From a virus (lineage: Duplodnaviria; Caudoviricetes): 37,832 nt of DNA. Both the position numbers and the translations under genes were made by a program. Below are positions 22,308 to 31,788 of this stretch, piece after piece; within the stretch, counting starts at the first letter, position 1; the number at the start of each line of letters is the position of its first letter. The notes under the pieces are model-generated. The model was not told where the DNA came from. It saw nothing but the letters and a program-made list of their open reading frames with translations, and did not search any database. The DNA is taken from positions 1 to 37,832 of IMG/VR virus record IMGVR_UViG_3300017700_000436; one strand, given 5' to 3'.

Positions 22308-25300
22308 CTAGTAGCCGCGAATAACGATGTCGGCGGTAGCGCCTGAAACGGCTGTGTGCGCGCTGTTGAATGCGCGAATCACCGGGGCGAGCGGCGCAGT
22401 CTTGTTGATCTCGACCGTCTCTGCTCCGCTTCCGTTTGCCTGCAGCGTGGCCTGCACCGTCTTGATGCTGGTGAACGGCTTCGCGTATGGAATTGCAGTC
22501 CCGCCAGATGAGATGACCAGGTCAGCAATCGCTTCTTCGATGTCCGGCGCGTCGATGGTCAGCACCATCGCTTGCAAGATTCCCCGCTCCACGCTTGCTC
22601 CGATGGTCACGCGGAACTGGTAGACCTCATTGGCTGCGATCAACTGACCCGGCCACGGCTGCCAGCCTCCAGGCTGACCGTAGAACGGATCAGCGTCGGG
22701 ACCGTAGAACGAAGAGTTGTCGGTTTCGTAAAGCGAGCCAGGGCCGGACAGCCGATAGTCGATGCGGAGGTCGTCGCCTTGCGCTTGGATCTCCAGCGTC
22801 ATGATCGAGCCAGTCAGAGCCGAATTCACCGCAACTTCCTGCGTGACAAAGACCATCTGACCGTAAGCCCCGGCGTCGTAGAACGAATCGTTGTCTGCGC
22901 CGTAGAAGCTCTGGTTGTCCGTCCCGTAGAGCGAGTCAAGGGCGTTGGCCGAAGGATCTCCAAGAACCAACGTCCAGCCGGATTGCTCGCCGGCAGCGTA
23001 GGGCCAGCCCATGGCTTCAAAGTCCCATTGCTCGACGATGTTGGCGACAGGGGGGTCGCCCAGGTTCATCACGATGTTCGCGCTGTTCTTCGACACATTG
23101 CCGGTGGTGTCGATGGCCTTGCCCATGATCGTGACCACCCCACCGGGGCGGGTCTTTGGCTCCCATGGGTTTTCAGTCACCACGCCGTCGTGCAGCGGCG
23201 CCGCGCTGTTCCAGTCGAGGTTTACGCCATAGTGGAAGCGGAAAACAAATCCGGCCAGGTCTGGCACGCGACGGGGTAGGCCCCACGTCAGAATTGCGCC
23301 GCTGATAGACAGGTTCTCGATGTCCGGTGGAGGCTCGGTCTTGCCGATGACGATGTGAGCGAGCTGAAGACTCCAGTCGCTAACGGCCACCGCATTCTTT
23401 GTGCGGGCGCGTACCACGATTGCGGCTCCATCTTCAACGCCAACAAAAACCAGTTGTGTTTCGACACCCGGAACAGTTTGCGATCGCCACACGCCATCGG
23501 TCATCAGCATGTACTGAACCTCGACGTAACCACTGGAGGTGATCGATGCATCAAGGATCGGCGACCAGGTGACCCGCACGCCGTTGACGATCGTTCCATC
23601 GTTCTGAACGATCAGGTCGGACTCGCCGCTGGTGATGCTAGTGATGTCCGGAGGGACGATGTCCCACGGACGAGGGAGGCCGGAATTGTCTGCGTAGCCC
23701 TGCGGAACGAACCCTGCACCGTAGACGTAGATTGCCGCTGCGGTTTCTTTCAGCGTCAATTCGATGAAGCCATCAGGCATCAGGCGGCGACCCAGAATCT
23801 GGAACTCTTTCGCCGACCAGCCGTAGCGCGACAGCGTGAGCGTGACGGTATCGAACAGTTCGAGCTGATATGCCTTCAGCTTGAAAGGAAGGGTGACAGT
23901 CAGCGGGTCGCGGCCATCACGCAGGATGATTCCGGAGATATGGAACGCCTGACCAGCGTAGAACACGGCCGGCATGGTGATCTCTTGCGCCAGCTCCGCA
24001 CCATCCACAGCCACAAGCGAGGCCGCACGGAACGGCTGGATCGGCGTCTGAACGTAGTTCGCTGCCTGGTCCCAGATCCGGGCAAGGATCGTGTTGACCT
24101 TCTCGTTCCGTGAGCGGTGCGTGCTGATGCTGATCGGGCTTTGCGAGATCGCCCCGTCATTGGTCCTCTGCACGACAGCCAGATCCGAATCGGTCAGCGC
24201 CGTCACGGGGGCTTGGTAGACACCTGCCCGGACGAAGAACTCGCCCGATGCATAGGCCCACTGCCCGCCCATGGACTGCGAAAGATCATCCAGGGCATCG
24301 CGTGCAGGTTGACCGAACGGAATCACCACGGCGGCGCGGTACGTCGCCACCCAGTCGCTTCCGGTGTACGAGATGCCTGTATCGCAAGCATTGGCCGCGG
24401 CAACGATTCGCGCATCTTCCGCCGCCGTCATGGACGTGCGCTTGCCAAAAGCGGGGTGCATGATGACGTGGCGCATCATCAGCGCAGGGTTCTCTGAGAA
24501 CTGCGTCAGCCCGTTGCGCGGGTCGTACACCTTGGCGCCACGAACCAAAGCGGTGATGTTCGGGATGCCGCTCGGGTACGAGGTCTCGTCGTAGTCGAAT
24601 TCGGCGATCAGGTAGGCAATGCCTGTCGCCTTATGGTCGGCCGTCCAAACTCCAGGCAAGAGACCCTGCATGCGGCTGTCTGCGGTCTGGCCTGGCGTGC
24701 CCAGCTTCCACCGAACGCGCGCCTTCGATTCCAGGAACGAATACTGGTAGCTTGCCCAGTAGGTGTACTGCGGGTCGTAGCTAGGAATGGTTAGCGTGGT
24801 CCCGGAGAGAATGAAGTCGACAAGTACCTGTTGATTTCCAAGCCCCGGGTTGTCCGGGTCTGCTGGCGGCCCTCCGCTGCGGGAGACCGTAACCGTCCCA
24901 GGAACCGGAGCAAATTCAAAGACGGTCACCGCACCCACGACAGGAAGCGGCGTACCCGGTGCAGGCACCGAGACATTCTTCATCCGCGCATACGGCGCCG
25001 TCAGCACATTCCCTGCGCCGTCGACATCGACCGGCTGGTCGTTGAAGTAGATACGCTCGATAGCGTCAATCTCATGTCCAGCGATGGCGATGCACTCGAC
25101 GAGAAGCTCCTTGTAGTTGCCTACCGTCGAGCGGAAAAAGATGGTTCCGCCAGTGCGGACACGGCCGAGGAGCAGCTTGCGGGTGTCGATGGTGGTCTGG
25201 ATGTTGACCAGCCGATCAACCTGCGCCGAATCAAACGCAGCTCGGGCCTGGCGGTCGGCCTTGCGCTTTTGGTAGCTGGAAAGTGCCAGTGCGCCGAGGA

Positions 25301-25382
25301 TCACAATGGCATTCGCGATGATCGCGGCAGCCGCAGCAGATGCGCCGAGGCCCACAAGAATCGGGATAAGAGCTTGCGGCAT
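22308..25382 (-). CDS. tail tip / host-specificity protein (lambda J-like), 1024 aa
   Basis: GRVRTGG...GHEIDAIERIYFND, GIPNITALVRGAKVYDPR, ENPAL, and FnIII-like C-terminal segments; start at MPQALIP by TGATG coupling. Confidence 0.88.
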   Translation of the reverse strand: MPQALIPILVGLGASAAAAAIIANAIVILGALALSSYQKRKADRQARAAFDSAQVDRLVNIQTTIDTRKLLLGRVRTGGTIFFRSTVGNYKELLVECIAIAGHEIDAIERIYFNDQPVDVDGAGNVLTAPYARMKNVSVPAPGTPLPVVGAVTVFEFAPVPGTVTVSRSGGPPADPDNPGLGNQQVLVDFILSGTTLTIPSYDPQYTYWASYQYSFLESKARVRWKLGTPGQTADSRMQGLLPGVWTADHKATGIAYLIAEFDYDETSYPSGIPNITALVRGAKVYDPRNGLTQFSENPALMMRHVIMHPAFGKRTSMTAAEDARIVAAANACDTGISYTGSDWVATYRAAVVIPFGQPARDALDDLSQSMGGQWAYASGEFFVRAGVYQAPVTALTDSDLAVVQRTNDGAISQSPISISTHRSRNEKVNTILARIWDQAANYVQTPIQPFRAASLVAVDGAELAQEITMPAVFYAGQAFHISGIILRDGRDPLTVTLPFKLKAYQLELFDTVTLTLSRYGWSAKEFQILGRRLMPDGFIELTLKETAAAIYVYGAGFVPQGYADNSGLPRPWDIVPPDITSITSGESDLIVQNDGTIVNGVRVTWSPILDASITSSGYVEVQYMLMTDGVWRSQTVPGVETQLVFVGVEDGAAIVVRARTKNAVAVSDWSLQLAHIVIGKTEPPPDIENLSISGAILTWGLPRRVPDLAGFVFRFHYGVNLDWNSAAPLHDGVVTENPWEPKTRPGGVVTIMGKAIDTTGNVSKNSANIVMNLGDPPVANIVEQWDFEAMGWPYAAGEQSGWTLVLGDPSANALDSLYGTDNQSFYGADNDSFYDAGAYGQMVFVTQEVAVNSALTGSIMTLEIQAQGDDLRIDYRLSGPGSLYETDNSSFYGPDADPFYGQPGGWQPWPGQLIAANEVYQFRVTIGASVERGILQAMVLTIDAPDIEEAIADLVISSGGTAIPYAKPFTSIKTVQATLQANGSGAETVEINKTAPLAPVIRAFNSAHTAVSGATADIVIRGY

Positions 25383-25768
25383 CAGATCTTCCAGGCAGCC
25401 AGCGCCGCAGACATGTCGAGAATCACGCCGCCAGCGCAAAGGACGGTTGTCCCGTTGCACACCGCCAGCAGCTCGCGGCCTTCGTTGAGCATCAGCACGG
25501 GGTCGCCCACCGTTGCATAGGCCGGCGCTACAGGCTCGCCCCATGCGCCAGTCGCGAGACCACGAACACCGCCGTTCGCCTTCAGGAGACGCTCAGCACC
25601 GAGCGAGGTGTCGTAGCCACGGAATGAGATGGCATGGTCTTTGCCCGTCATCGCGTGTACGGCGTCAACCGTGAACAGGCAGCAGTCGTTGCGGCCCCAC
25701 TCGAACGGCATCGCCGAGCGCTCGCGGGCGAACTCAGCCAAGCGCGCTTGCCAGTCCGCGCGCCTCAT
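25382..25768 (-). CDS. tail tip NlpC/P60-like protein
   Basis: W..RL.........PFEWGRNDCCLF..DAV.AMTG.D; position in the tail-tip module. Confidence 0.8.
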   Translation of the reverse strand: MRRADWQARLAEFARERSAMPFEWGRNDCCLFTVDAVHAMTGKDHAISFRGYDTSLGAERLLKANGGVRGLATGAWGEPVAPAYATVGDPVLMLNEGRELLAVCNGTTVLCAGGVILDMSAALAAWKI

Positions 25769-26346
25769 CGCTGGCCCTTGTCGATGAACCACTGACGGTG
25801 CGGCCACACAACGGGCTGGCCTACCTGCGAATTCAGGTACTCGAACGCGCGGTCGGTGGGGTCGATCGCCCGCTGGTCCGGATCGCTGAACGTCGAGGCG
25901 TACCCCTTGAGCAAGTCCACCGCCGTGCTTTCCGCCGTCACAGAGATGGTGCAGGTCTCGCCGTCTTCGGTGATGGACATGGTGTCCAAGCGGCCGGACC
26001 AGTCGAGCGGTGCGTCGACAACCTGATAGTTCGCGTCCAGCAATGCCGTGCGGATGTAGCACGGCGTGCCCTGCACTACCGCGGCATCATCCAGGGCCAG
26101 CGCGATGTAGGCGGGGTCAACGCCGGAGAGGGAGAAGGTCAGGCCCTTGATCTCGCCCGGAGAGTCGTCGATCTCGCTCACTGCACCGATGGACCCTGCG
26201 CCTTTGTACGTGGTCCCGCTGTAGACGATGTCGAAGTTCGACAGGTTCAGGCCGATCGGCGAGACAAACCCAAGGTACACAAGCTGCACCATCAGGACCG
26301 TCTGGCCGTTCAGGACGGCGATCGCTGGCGCTCCGAGCGACCTCAT
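25765..26346 (-). CDS. minor tail (hub) protein
   Basis: Y.G.G.IG.VSEI...L.F.LSGV...W.GRLDTM.I...I.VTAES...DQ....P.D..FEY pattern. Confidence 0.75.
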   Translation of the reverse strand: MRSLGAPAIAVLNGQTVLMVQLVYLGFVSPIGLNLSNFDIVYSGTTYKGAGSIGAVSEIDDSPGEIKGLTFSLSGVDPAYIALALDDAAVVQGTPCYIRTALLDANYQVVDAPLDWSGRLDTMSITEDGETCTISVTAESTAVDLLKGYASTFSDPDQRAIDPTDRAFEYLNSQVGQPVVWPHRQWFIDKGQR

Positions 26347-26936
26347 GCGATCACCTCGGCGAAGTCCAGCGACACGCCATCTGCATAGCCTGGCTGATAG
26401 TTCACGCTCCCGGTCGACAGCATGCGGAACGGGGCAGTCGGCTTGTCCCATGTCACCGCAGCGCCGCCGCTGATCGCCGTGCGCAGGCGGTTCACCAGCG
26501 TGACAATCATCACGCCCGAGCCGTTGGCCGTTGCATCAGAAGCGACTTGCAGAAGCAGTCCAGAGATACCGATCATGTCGCCGGCCAGCAGCGTTGCGCC
26601 GACGCCTGCACTGCTAAGGGTCACTGACGCAGCGCCCATCGACGCAGCGCCGCATGTCGGAGACCCGCGCATCGTCCCGCGCGGTGCCTTGCGCTGCATG
26701 TGGTACAGGTTGCAAGTGTTCGTCATGCCACGCATGGCGTTCACGAAAGCCTCGATGCGCGCAGCGTTTGCCGAAGAGCTGGAGGGCAGCGTCAGGGAGA
26801 TCGACCACCGATCGTTCAGGAGGTCGACAACCTGCTCGCTGCCTCCGAACGGAGACGAGAACGAACGCTGGTTCGTGACCAGGCGCATCGTGAAGTCGCG
26901 GGGCGAGAAGCCAGCGGGGAGCGTGATGGTCGCCAT
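26343..26936 (-). CDS. distal tail (Dit-like) protein
   Basis: Immediately after the tape measure; SPFGGSEQV.....RW.ISLTLP. Confidence 0.75.
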   Translation of the reverse strand: MATITLPAGFSPRDFTMRLVTNQRSFSSPFGGSEQVVDLLNDRWSISLTLPSSSSANAARIEAFVNAMRGMTNTCNLYHMQRKAPRGTMRGSPTCGAASMGAASVTLSSAGVGATLLAGDMIGISGLLLQVASDATANGSGVMIVTLVNRLRTAISGGAAVTWDKPTAPFRMLSTGSVNYQPGYADGVSLDFAEVIA

Positions 26937-28876
26937 TACGCAGCCTCCCCGGCATACCCACGGCTACGGCGAAGCTGACTCATGATTCGCCGCTCCGTCC
27001 CGGCTTGCGCCTCCTTCACCATCGATGCACTCGCCACGTCTCCGATCGTGTTGTTGATCGTGACATTGACCGACTGTCCTCCACCGCCAAGCGCATGGTT
27101 CGGAATAATCGCGCCCGAAGTTTTTGGGGTGAACATCTCAGGGCCTTTTTCGCCGACAAGATAGGTAGACCCGCCAGCCACCGGGCCACCAGAAGCCCGG
27201 GCGCCACCGAACAACCCCGCGAAACCACTGATGGCCTTCCCCCAATCAAACCCACCGGCCGAGTCGCCGATGGACTTCGCCAGCGGACCCGTGATCGAGT
27301 TGCGGATGTAGAGCTGGAGGATGTCTTTCGCCAAGCCCTTCAGCACGTCGCTCAACTTGTCGCCCTCAAGAATCGCTTTCTCAAAGGAGCTTTCAAACGC
27401 GGAGCCCACATCACGCGCGAAGTCTGCGGCCTGCTTGGCGTCATCCGCCAGCTTCTCCGCTACGCCCTTCTGTGCAACGAGATCCTTGCGTTCAGTCAGC
27501 AGCGTGATCTGCTCGCGGATGGCGTCACTCTCACGCACGAAGGCGTCAGTGCCGGCGAGGCGGGCTAGTTCTTCCTGCTTGATGGAAATGGCGCTGCTGA
27601 TCCGAGCTTGCTCGATGGCAACCTGAGCCTCGTAGCTCTTGCCAAGCATTTCCGTTTCCTCGCGCAGCGCCTTGTTCCCATCGGCCAGGCTCTGCGCCTG
27701 CTTTTCCTGCTCGAGCGTCGCCTTCAACAGTCCTTCCGTGCGGGCTCGCTCTGCCTCTTCGGACAGCTTCGTGTATTCGGTCATCGCCTTGGCGGCGTCG
27801 ATTTGCTTGGCCAGGTTGATCAGGACATCCGCGCGCTCACCCTTTTGTAGCTTCAAGTGGCCGAGTGCCAGATCAGCCTGAACTTGCTCGACAACGCCCA
27901 GTTCCTTGGTCTTCTGGAGTTGCTTTTCCAAGTTCTCCATGTAGCGCTTGAATTCGGACTCGGCCGCTTTCTTCGGCGCGCTGGGCGCCTTCGCTGCGGA
28001 GATCGATGGCAGGGATGGCTTTGGCGCGACGGGCGCTGCATCGCCCCAGCTACCCGTTGCGCCGCCCGTGTTGGCCTTGGCCATGCCCCAGAACTCGCGC
28101 ACTTGGCTCCAGTAGCGGTCCAGGCCAATTTCCAGGAAGCTCTTCCCCGCTGCCTGCCCGTCGCGAAAGGCTTTCACCACCTCATTGATCGCGGTGACCA
28201 TCGGCCCGGCGAGATCGCGGGCAACGTCGACCACGTTCTTTTGCATGGCGAAGAGTTCTTTGTTGAACGTCTCCGCGGCCTGCGCCTGCTCGGTAGTGAC
28301 CTTGGCGACAAGCGAGGTCTGCTCTGCGAGGTCGTTCAGGAAGGGCGCGGCATCCTTGATGGACTTGCCGAACAACTCTTGCACCAAGCGCGCCTTGTTG
28401 CCGTCATCGGCGAAGCCAGACAGCGCTACGGCGGTTTGGCGCAGAGCCTCGGCCGGGTCGATGCGCTTCAGTTCCTCTGCGTCAAGGCCAATCGCCTTGA
28501 TTGCTTCAGACGCTGCATTCTTGCCGTCCGTCTCCTTGAGGACGTTGTTGAACTTCACCAGGATGCTGGAGACGTTCTCCATGCTCGACCCCGTGCGAAG
28601 CGCCACGTCTTCCAGTGCGCTGATGTTCTCGATGCTGGCGCCGGTCGCGTCCTTCGTGTCGTTCAGTGCATCCAGGCCGTCGACGATCTGCTTGCCGAAG
28701 TAGACCGCGGCCACACCAGCGGCAGTCAAAGAGGCGCCGATGGCCGCGCCAGCTTTGGACACGGCGGCGTCGATCTCTTTGGCGCGCTTCTCCGCATGCT
28801 TCGCCGCGCGGTTTAAGTCGGTCTCAAACGAGCCCGTCTTCGCCAGCAGGTCGACAGTAATTCGTCCGATGGACAT
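26936..28876 (-). CDS. tape measure protein (646 aa)
   Basis: Ala-rich helical protein; N-terminal IGRITVDLLAKTGSFE.DL; C-terminal GARASGGPV.GG..YLVGEKGPEMF.P. Confidence 0.92.
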   Translation of the reverse strand: MSIGRITVDLLAKTGSFETDLNRAAKHAEKRAKEIDAAVSKAGAAIGASLTAAGVAAVYFGKQIVDGLDALNDTKDATGASIENISALEDVALRTGSSMENVSSILVKFNNVLKETDGKNAASEAIKAIGLDAEELKRIDPAEALRQTAVALSGFADDGNKARLVQELFGKSIKDAAPFLNDLAEQTSLVAKVTTEQAQAAETFNKELFAMQKNVVDVARDLAGPMVTAINEVVKAFRDGQAAGKSFLEIGLDRYWSQVREFWGMAKANTGGATGSWGDAAPVAPKPSLPSISAAKAPSAPKKAAESEFKRYMENLEKQLQKTKELGVVEQVQADLALGHLKLQKGERADVLINLAKQIDAAKAMTEYTKLSEEAERARTEGLLKATLEQEKQAQSLADGNKALREETEMLGKSYEAQVAIEQARISSAISIKQEELARLAGTDAFVRESDAIREQITLLTERKDLVAQKGVAEKLADDAKQAADFARDVGSAFESSFEKAILEGDKLSDVLKGLAKDILQLYIRNSITGPLAKSIGDSAGGFDWGKAISGFAGLFGGARASGGPVAGGSTYLVGEKGPEMFTPKTSGAIIPNHALGGGGQSVNVTINNTIGDVASASMVKEAQAGTERRIMSQLRRSRGYAGEAA

Positions 28877-28889
28877 GTGTTTAGCCTGT

Positions 28890-29192
28890 TTAAATTGCGC
28901 CGGCCGACCTGAACAGGTCTCGGTCTGCCTGGGTCAGTCCATCTTCTGGAGGTGGTTGCAGCCAATCCAGCCGCGCCTGCATGTCCCCACCTCCAAGGCT
29001 TCCGGCGACAAGCGCGGCGGGCCGGTGAAAGCGGTGGAAGTCGTCAAAGGGTTGGTCTTGGTAGAAAGCGCACCAGTCGAGGAATTCGTCCTCTGACATG
29101 GCGCGCTGCCACTCGGCTTTCGTTCGGCCGCCCAGCGCGAGCGCGAGAACGTGCCACAGCCATTCCCGGCTGTGGGCGGCTAGGCGTTTCCC
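28890..29192 (-). CDS. tail assembly chaperone GT C-terminal part (reached by -1 frameshift)
   Basis: The -1 frame is open from the slippery site: KRLAAHSREWLWHVLALALGGRTKAEWQRAMSEDEFLDWCAFY..QPF. Confidence 0.8.
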   Translation of the reverse strand, partial: GKRLAAHSREWLWHVLALALGGRTKAEWQRAMSEDEFLDWCAFYQDQPFDDFHRFHRPAALVAGSLGGGDMQARLDWLQPPPEDGLTQADRDLFRSAGAI

Positions 29193-29506
29193 GGCTCTCG
29201 CTTGGTCGGCTTGCAGACCCCATAGGCCTGTTCAAACAAGGCATCCGACACTGCCGGGTCAAGCGTCTGCGCCTCTTCCAGCGACATCGCGGCGGCGCCG
29301 TCTGGTTCGCAAAGGCTGGCCGCAATCAGCAACGGCTGCGCTCCAGCACGCTCGTCCGCAGATGCGCTGCGAAGATGCTGGATGAAACGGCCCCAGTCGA
29401 ACGACGAGACCTTGCGGAAAGACACCTTGTGCGTCGCGCCGTCGCCGAGCAACACTTCTCGCTCGACGATCTCGGACGAGACAAAGAATTTGGCGTACTT
29501 GCTCAC
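29180..29506 (-). CDS. tail assembly chaperone G
   Basis: Between tube and tape measure genes; LIAASLCEPDG; ends ...EPGNA over the slippery site. Confidence 0.85.
   Translation of the reverse strand: MSKYAKFFVSSEIVEREVLLGDGATHKVSFRKVSSFDWGRFIQHLRSASADERAGAQPLLIAASLCEPDGAAAMSLEEAQTLDPAVSDALFEQAYGVCKPTKREPGNA
29186..29192 (-). other. -1 programmed ribosomal frameshift site G GGA AAC
   Basis: X XXY YYZ heptamer in the correct phase, one codon before the TAG of G. Confidence 0.85.
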
Positions 29507-29979
29507 GACGTTGCCAGCTTCCATGTGACGGCGCCCGTGCGCTGGATGGTGATCGTGCCCTTCCAAATATCGTTCTCGCCGACATCGATGTTCACGTCGG
29601 AAACGTAGCCTTGGAAGATCGCCGAGGCGCGAGTCGTGACCGATTGCATGACAGAGCCAATGGCGGTCGGAGCCGTCGACGTATGCGAGCTGTAGATGCC
29701 CCACGACACTTCGGCGCCCGAGTCTTTCAGAGCCATCAGGGCGGTGTGCGACAGCTCGTCGGCGTGGACGTTGAAAGCCACGCTCACCGGGGAAGGCGAA
29801 CCGAGGCCAGAAACGAAAGTGCGATCGGTAGCGTTGTCCAGATTGCTGGTGTCGATCTGGTCGCGGGCGCCGCCGAGGCCGCTGAAGCTCTTCATCGCGA
29901 CAGCGCGCGTTGCAGTGGTCGGAGCGGAGGCCCAGAAGAGTTCGGTCTTCTGGCTTTTGATAGGTGCCGAGGTTGCCAT
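29503..29979 (-). CDS. major tail tube protein
   Basis: IKSQKTEL....GLGGARDQIDTSNLD....FVSGL..P..VS...F.GYVSD......N....GTITIQRTG. Confidence 0.88.
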   Translation of the reverse strand: MATSAPIKSQKTELFWASAPTTATRAVAMKSFSGLGGARDQIDTSNLDNATDRTFVSGLGSPSPVSVAFNVHADELSHTALMALKDSGAEVSWGIYSSHTSTAPTAIGSVMQSVTTRASAIFQGYVSDVNIDVGENDIWKGTITIQRTGAVTWKLATS

Positions 29980-30000
29980 GATGTTGCCTTTCTAGAAACG

Positions 30001-30023
30001 AAAAAGGCCGCTCAATGGCGGCC
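30001..30023 (-). terminator. terminator-like hairpin upstream of the tail tube gene
   Basis: GGCCGC-CATTGA-GCGGCC-TTTTTCGTTT. Confidence 0.7.
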
Positions 30024-30047
30024 CGCTTGGGGTGGAACTGATCGCCT

Positions 30048-30410
30048 CTAGCGAGGCTTGATGAAGTCGAACGAGAAACTGATTCGGTAGCGCTTGGTCG
30101 TCGGGTCTTGCTCGTCGGCGATGTAGGCGATGAGGTGGCCTGCAGGCTCCAGGGCAGCGCGGACAGCCAGCGCGAGGGCTTCGATTTGCGTGTCGATGTC
30201 CGACCAGCAGTCGACCTGGATCCTGTAAACGTCAGCGTCCGCACCCTCGAAGGTGTTTTCTGCAAAGCCGCCTGGCGCGCTCCATGTCACATAGGGAGCC
30301 ACGACGCCTTGCGGGGCCGACCCATGGCGGTACGCGCGCACAGGGCTTGTGCCGATCAGCGCGGTGACAGCAGGAGCCCCGCTCAGCAGTGGAAAGATCA
30401 GCGGCAGCAT
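30048..30410 (-). CDS. tail terminator (DUF3168-like)
   Basis: V.ALIG..PVR.Y..G.APQ....PYVTW...RIQVDCWS...AVRAALE. Confidence 0.85.
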   Translation of the reverse strand: MLPLIFPLLSGAPAVTALIGTSPVRAYRHGSAPQGVVAPYVTWSAPGGFAENTFEGADADVYRIQVDCWSDIDTQIEALALAVRAALEPAGHLIAYIADEQDPTTKRYRISFSFDFIKPR

Positions 30411-30895
30411 CAGCGGGCACCCTTTGAAATCTTCTTGATGGCGCGGTCGATGCCCTTGTTCAGCTCGAGCACGACCGTATCCAATGCCTTCTGGCGAGTG
30501 CTCATGAATGCCGGCGTCATCCAGGGTTCGGCCTTCTGGTGTTCCGAACCGAACTCCAGCCACCGGCCCGTGGCAACGGCTTTCGTGTCGCTGCCTTCGT
30601 ACTTCTTGCGGCTGATCATCACGCGATACCGCTCATTTGCGCCCGACTTCTGCGGGTTCGGGTCACGCCGCACGACGACGGCTTTCTCGAGTGTCTTGGT
30701 GCTGACGTAGCCGTTCGCTTCGGTGTTCTGCGTGACCTTGCGGATATTTGCCTGTGACTCTTTCTGGATAACGACCGCACCCTTGCGAAGGGCCGACTTC
30801 ACCGGACCGCCGCGCTTGCTTGCAATCTCTGGCGGCAGGGCGCGCAGCTTGGCAAGAATGTCGTCCAAGCCTTTCAGGGTCTGGGTGTCAGCCAT
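30410..30895 (-). CDS. HK97 gp10-like tail completion protein
   Basis: GLDD....L..LP......ALRKGA...LEFGSEHQKAEPWMTPAF. Confidence 0.88.
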   Translation of the reverse strand: MADTQTLKGLDDILAKLRALPPEIASKRGGPVKSALRKGAVVIQKESQANIRKVTQNTEANGYVSTKTLEKAVVVRRDPNPQKSGANERYRVMISRKKYEGSDTKAVATGRWLEFGSEHQKAEPWMTPAFMSTRQKALDTVVLELNKGIDRAIKKISKGAR

Positions 30896-30898
30896 TGG

Positions 30899-31234
30899 TC
30901 ATCCCTGATTCGCGCCAGTCGTTGCGGCAAGATCCAGCCAGCGCCGGCCGGTGTCATCCGGGGAAATGGTGCTGATGTCGAAGGTCGGGCCGCCTGCTTC
31001 AACGAAGCGCATGGTCTCGACGACGCCCGGCCGGTATCGAATGCGGATGCTTGCCTTGGTGATCGGCGTCAGGGTGTCGGCTTTCAGGGTCTCCAGCCCG
31101 CCCAAGTAGCGGATGTCCGCGCGAACGTCCGTCTCAAAGTCGACCCAGGCGACAGTGATAGCTCCCGTCGATGGGTCTTGCGTCTCGGTCTTGCTTTGCA
31201 GCGTGCCGATGTGGCGAAGCTTTCCGGCTTGCAT
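30899..31234 (-). CDS. head closure / head-tail adaptor (SPP1 gp16-like)
   Basis: MQAGKLRH...LQ.....QDP.TG.....W...IRIRYRPGV...MR. Confidence 0.88.
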   Translation of the reverse strand: MQAGKLRHIGTLQSKTETQDPSTGAITVAWVDFETDVRADIRYLGGLETLKADTLTPITKASIRIRYRPGVVETMRFVEAGGPTFDISTISPDDTGRRWLDLAATTGANQG

Positions 31235-31785
31235 CACATGCCCCAGACTTTGATCGTGTCGAGCAGGGCCTTCACGCCCATCGGAAGCTCTTGCATTGCC
31301 GTGGGCGTGGAAGCCTCACGGTTCGCATGGAGGTGCCCCACGGTCAGCAGCAGGGCCGCGCGCACCGCTGGGGTCACATCGCCTGCCACATACCGCACCT
31401 TCACCGCGTTCGCCACCGCGCCAGGCGTAGGCCACGAGGTATCCACCGCAGGAACCGCCCAGCACTGCAGCGCGTCGTAGTTGTCCAGCGCATACAGCGT
31501 GCTCGAGATCGTCTGCGTCACGCCGGCTTCGTCCACATAGGTGATCGACGTGATGCCCGTGACCGACCCGCGCGGCAGCTCGATTGCGCCGTCAGGGAAC
31601 GAATCAAGCGCCAGTTCCAGCGTCTGCGTGCCGATCGCCCGCCCGGTGTAGTGCTCGGCGTAGGCTTGCGCAGCAGCAAGAAAGCCTTCGAGCTGCGCGT
31701 CATCCGCGGCAAGCGCGTAGCAGTGCGCGCGAAGCTCTGCGGTCGGAATCGCAGCCGCTGCGGGGGTGATGACTTTGACGCCCAT
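31234..31785 (-). CDS. head-tail connector (HK97 gp6-like, long form)
   Basis: ELRAHC....DDA.L...LAAA..YAEHYTGRAI..QT.EL.LD.FP...ALLLTVGHL.ANRE.......LP.GVKALL. Confidence 0.88.
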   Translation of the reverse strand: MGVKVITPAAAAIPTAELRAHCYALAADDAQLEGFLAAAQAYAEHYTGRAIGTQTLELALDSFPDGAIELPRGSVTGITSITYVDEAGVTQTISSTLYALDNYDALQCWAVPAVDTSWPTPGAVANAVKVRYVAGDVTPAVRAALLLTVGHLHANREASTPTAMQELPMGVKALLDTIKVWGM

Positions 31786-31788
31786 TGC

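Noticed and set aside
5896-28876. Many proteins ending in -AA as systematic ClpXP degrons
   Set aside because: Mostly explained by GCATGA stop/start overlaps and Ala-rich composition; not distinguishable from chance by eye.
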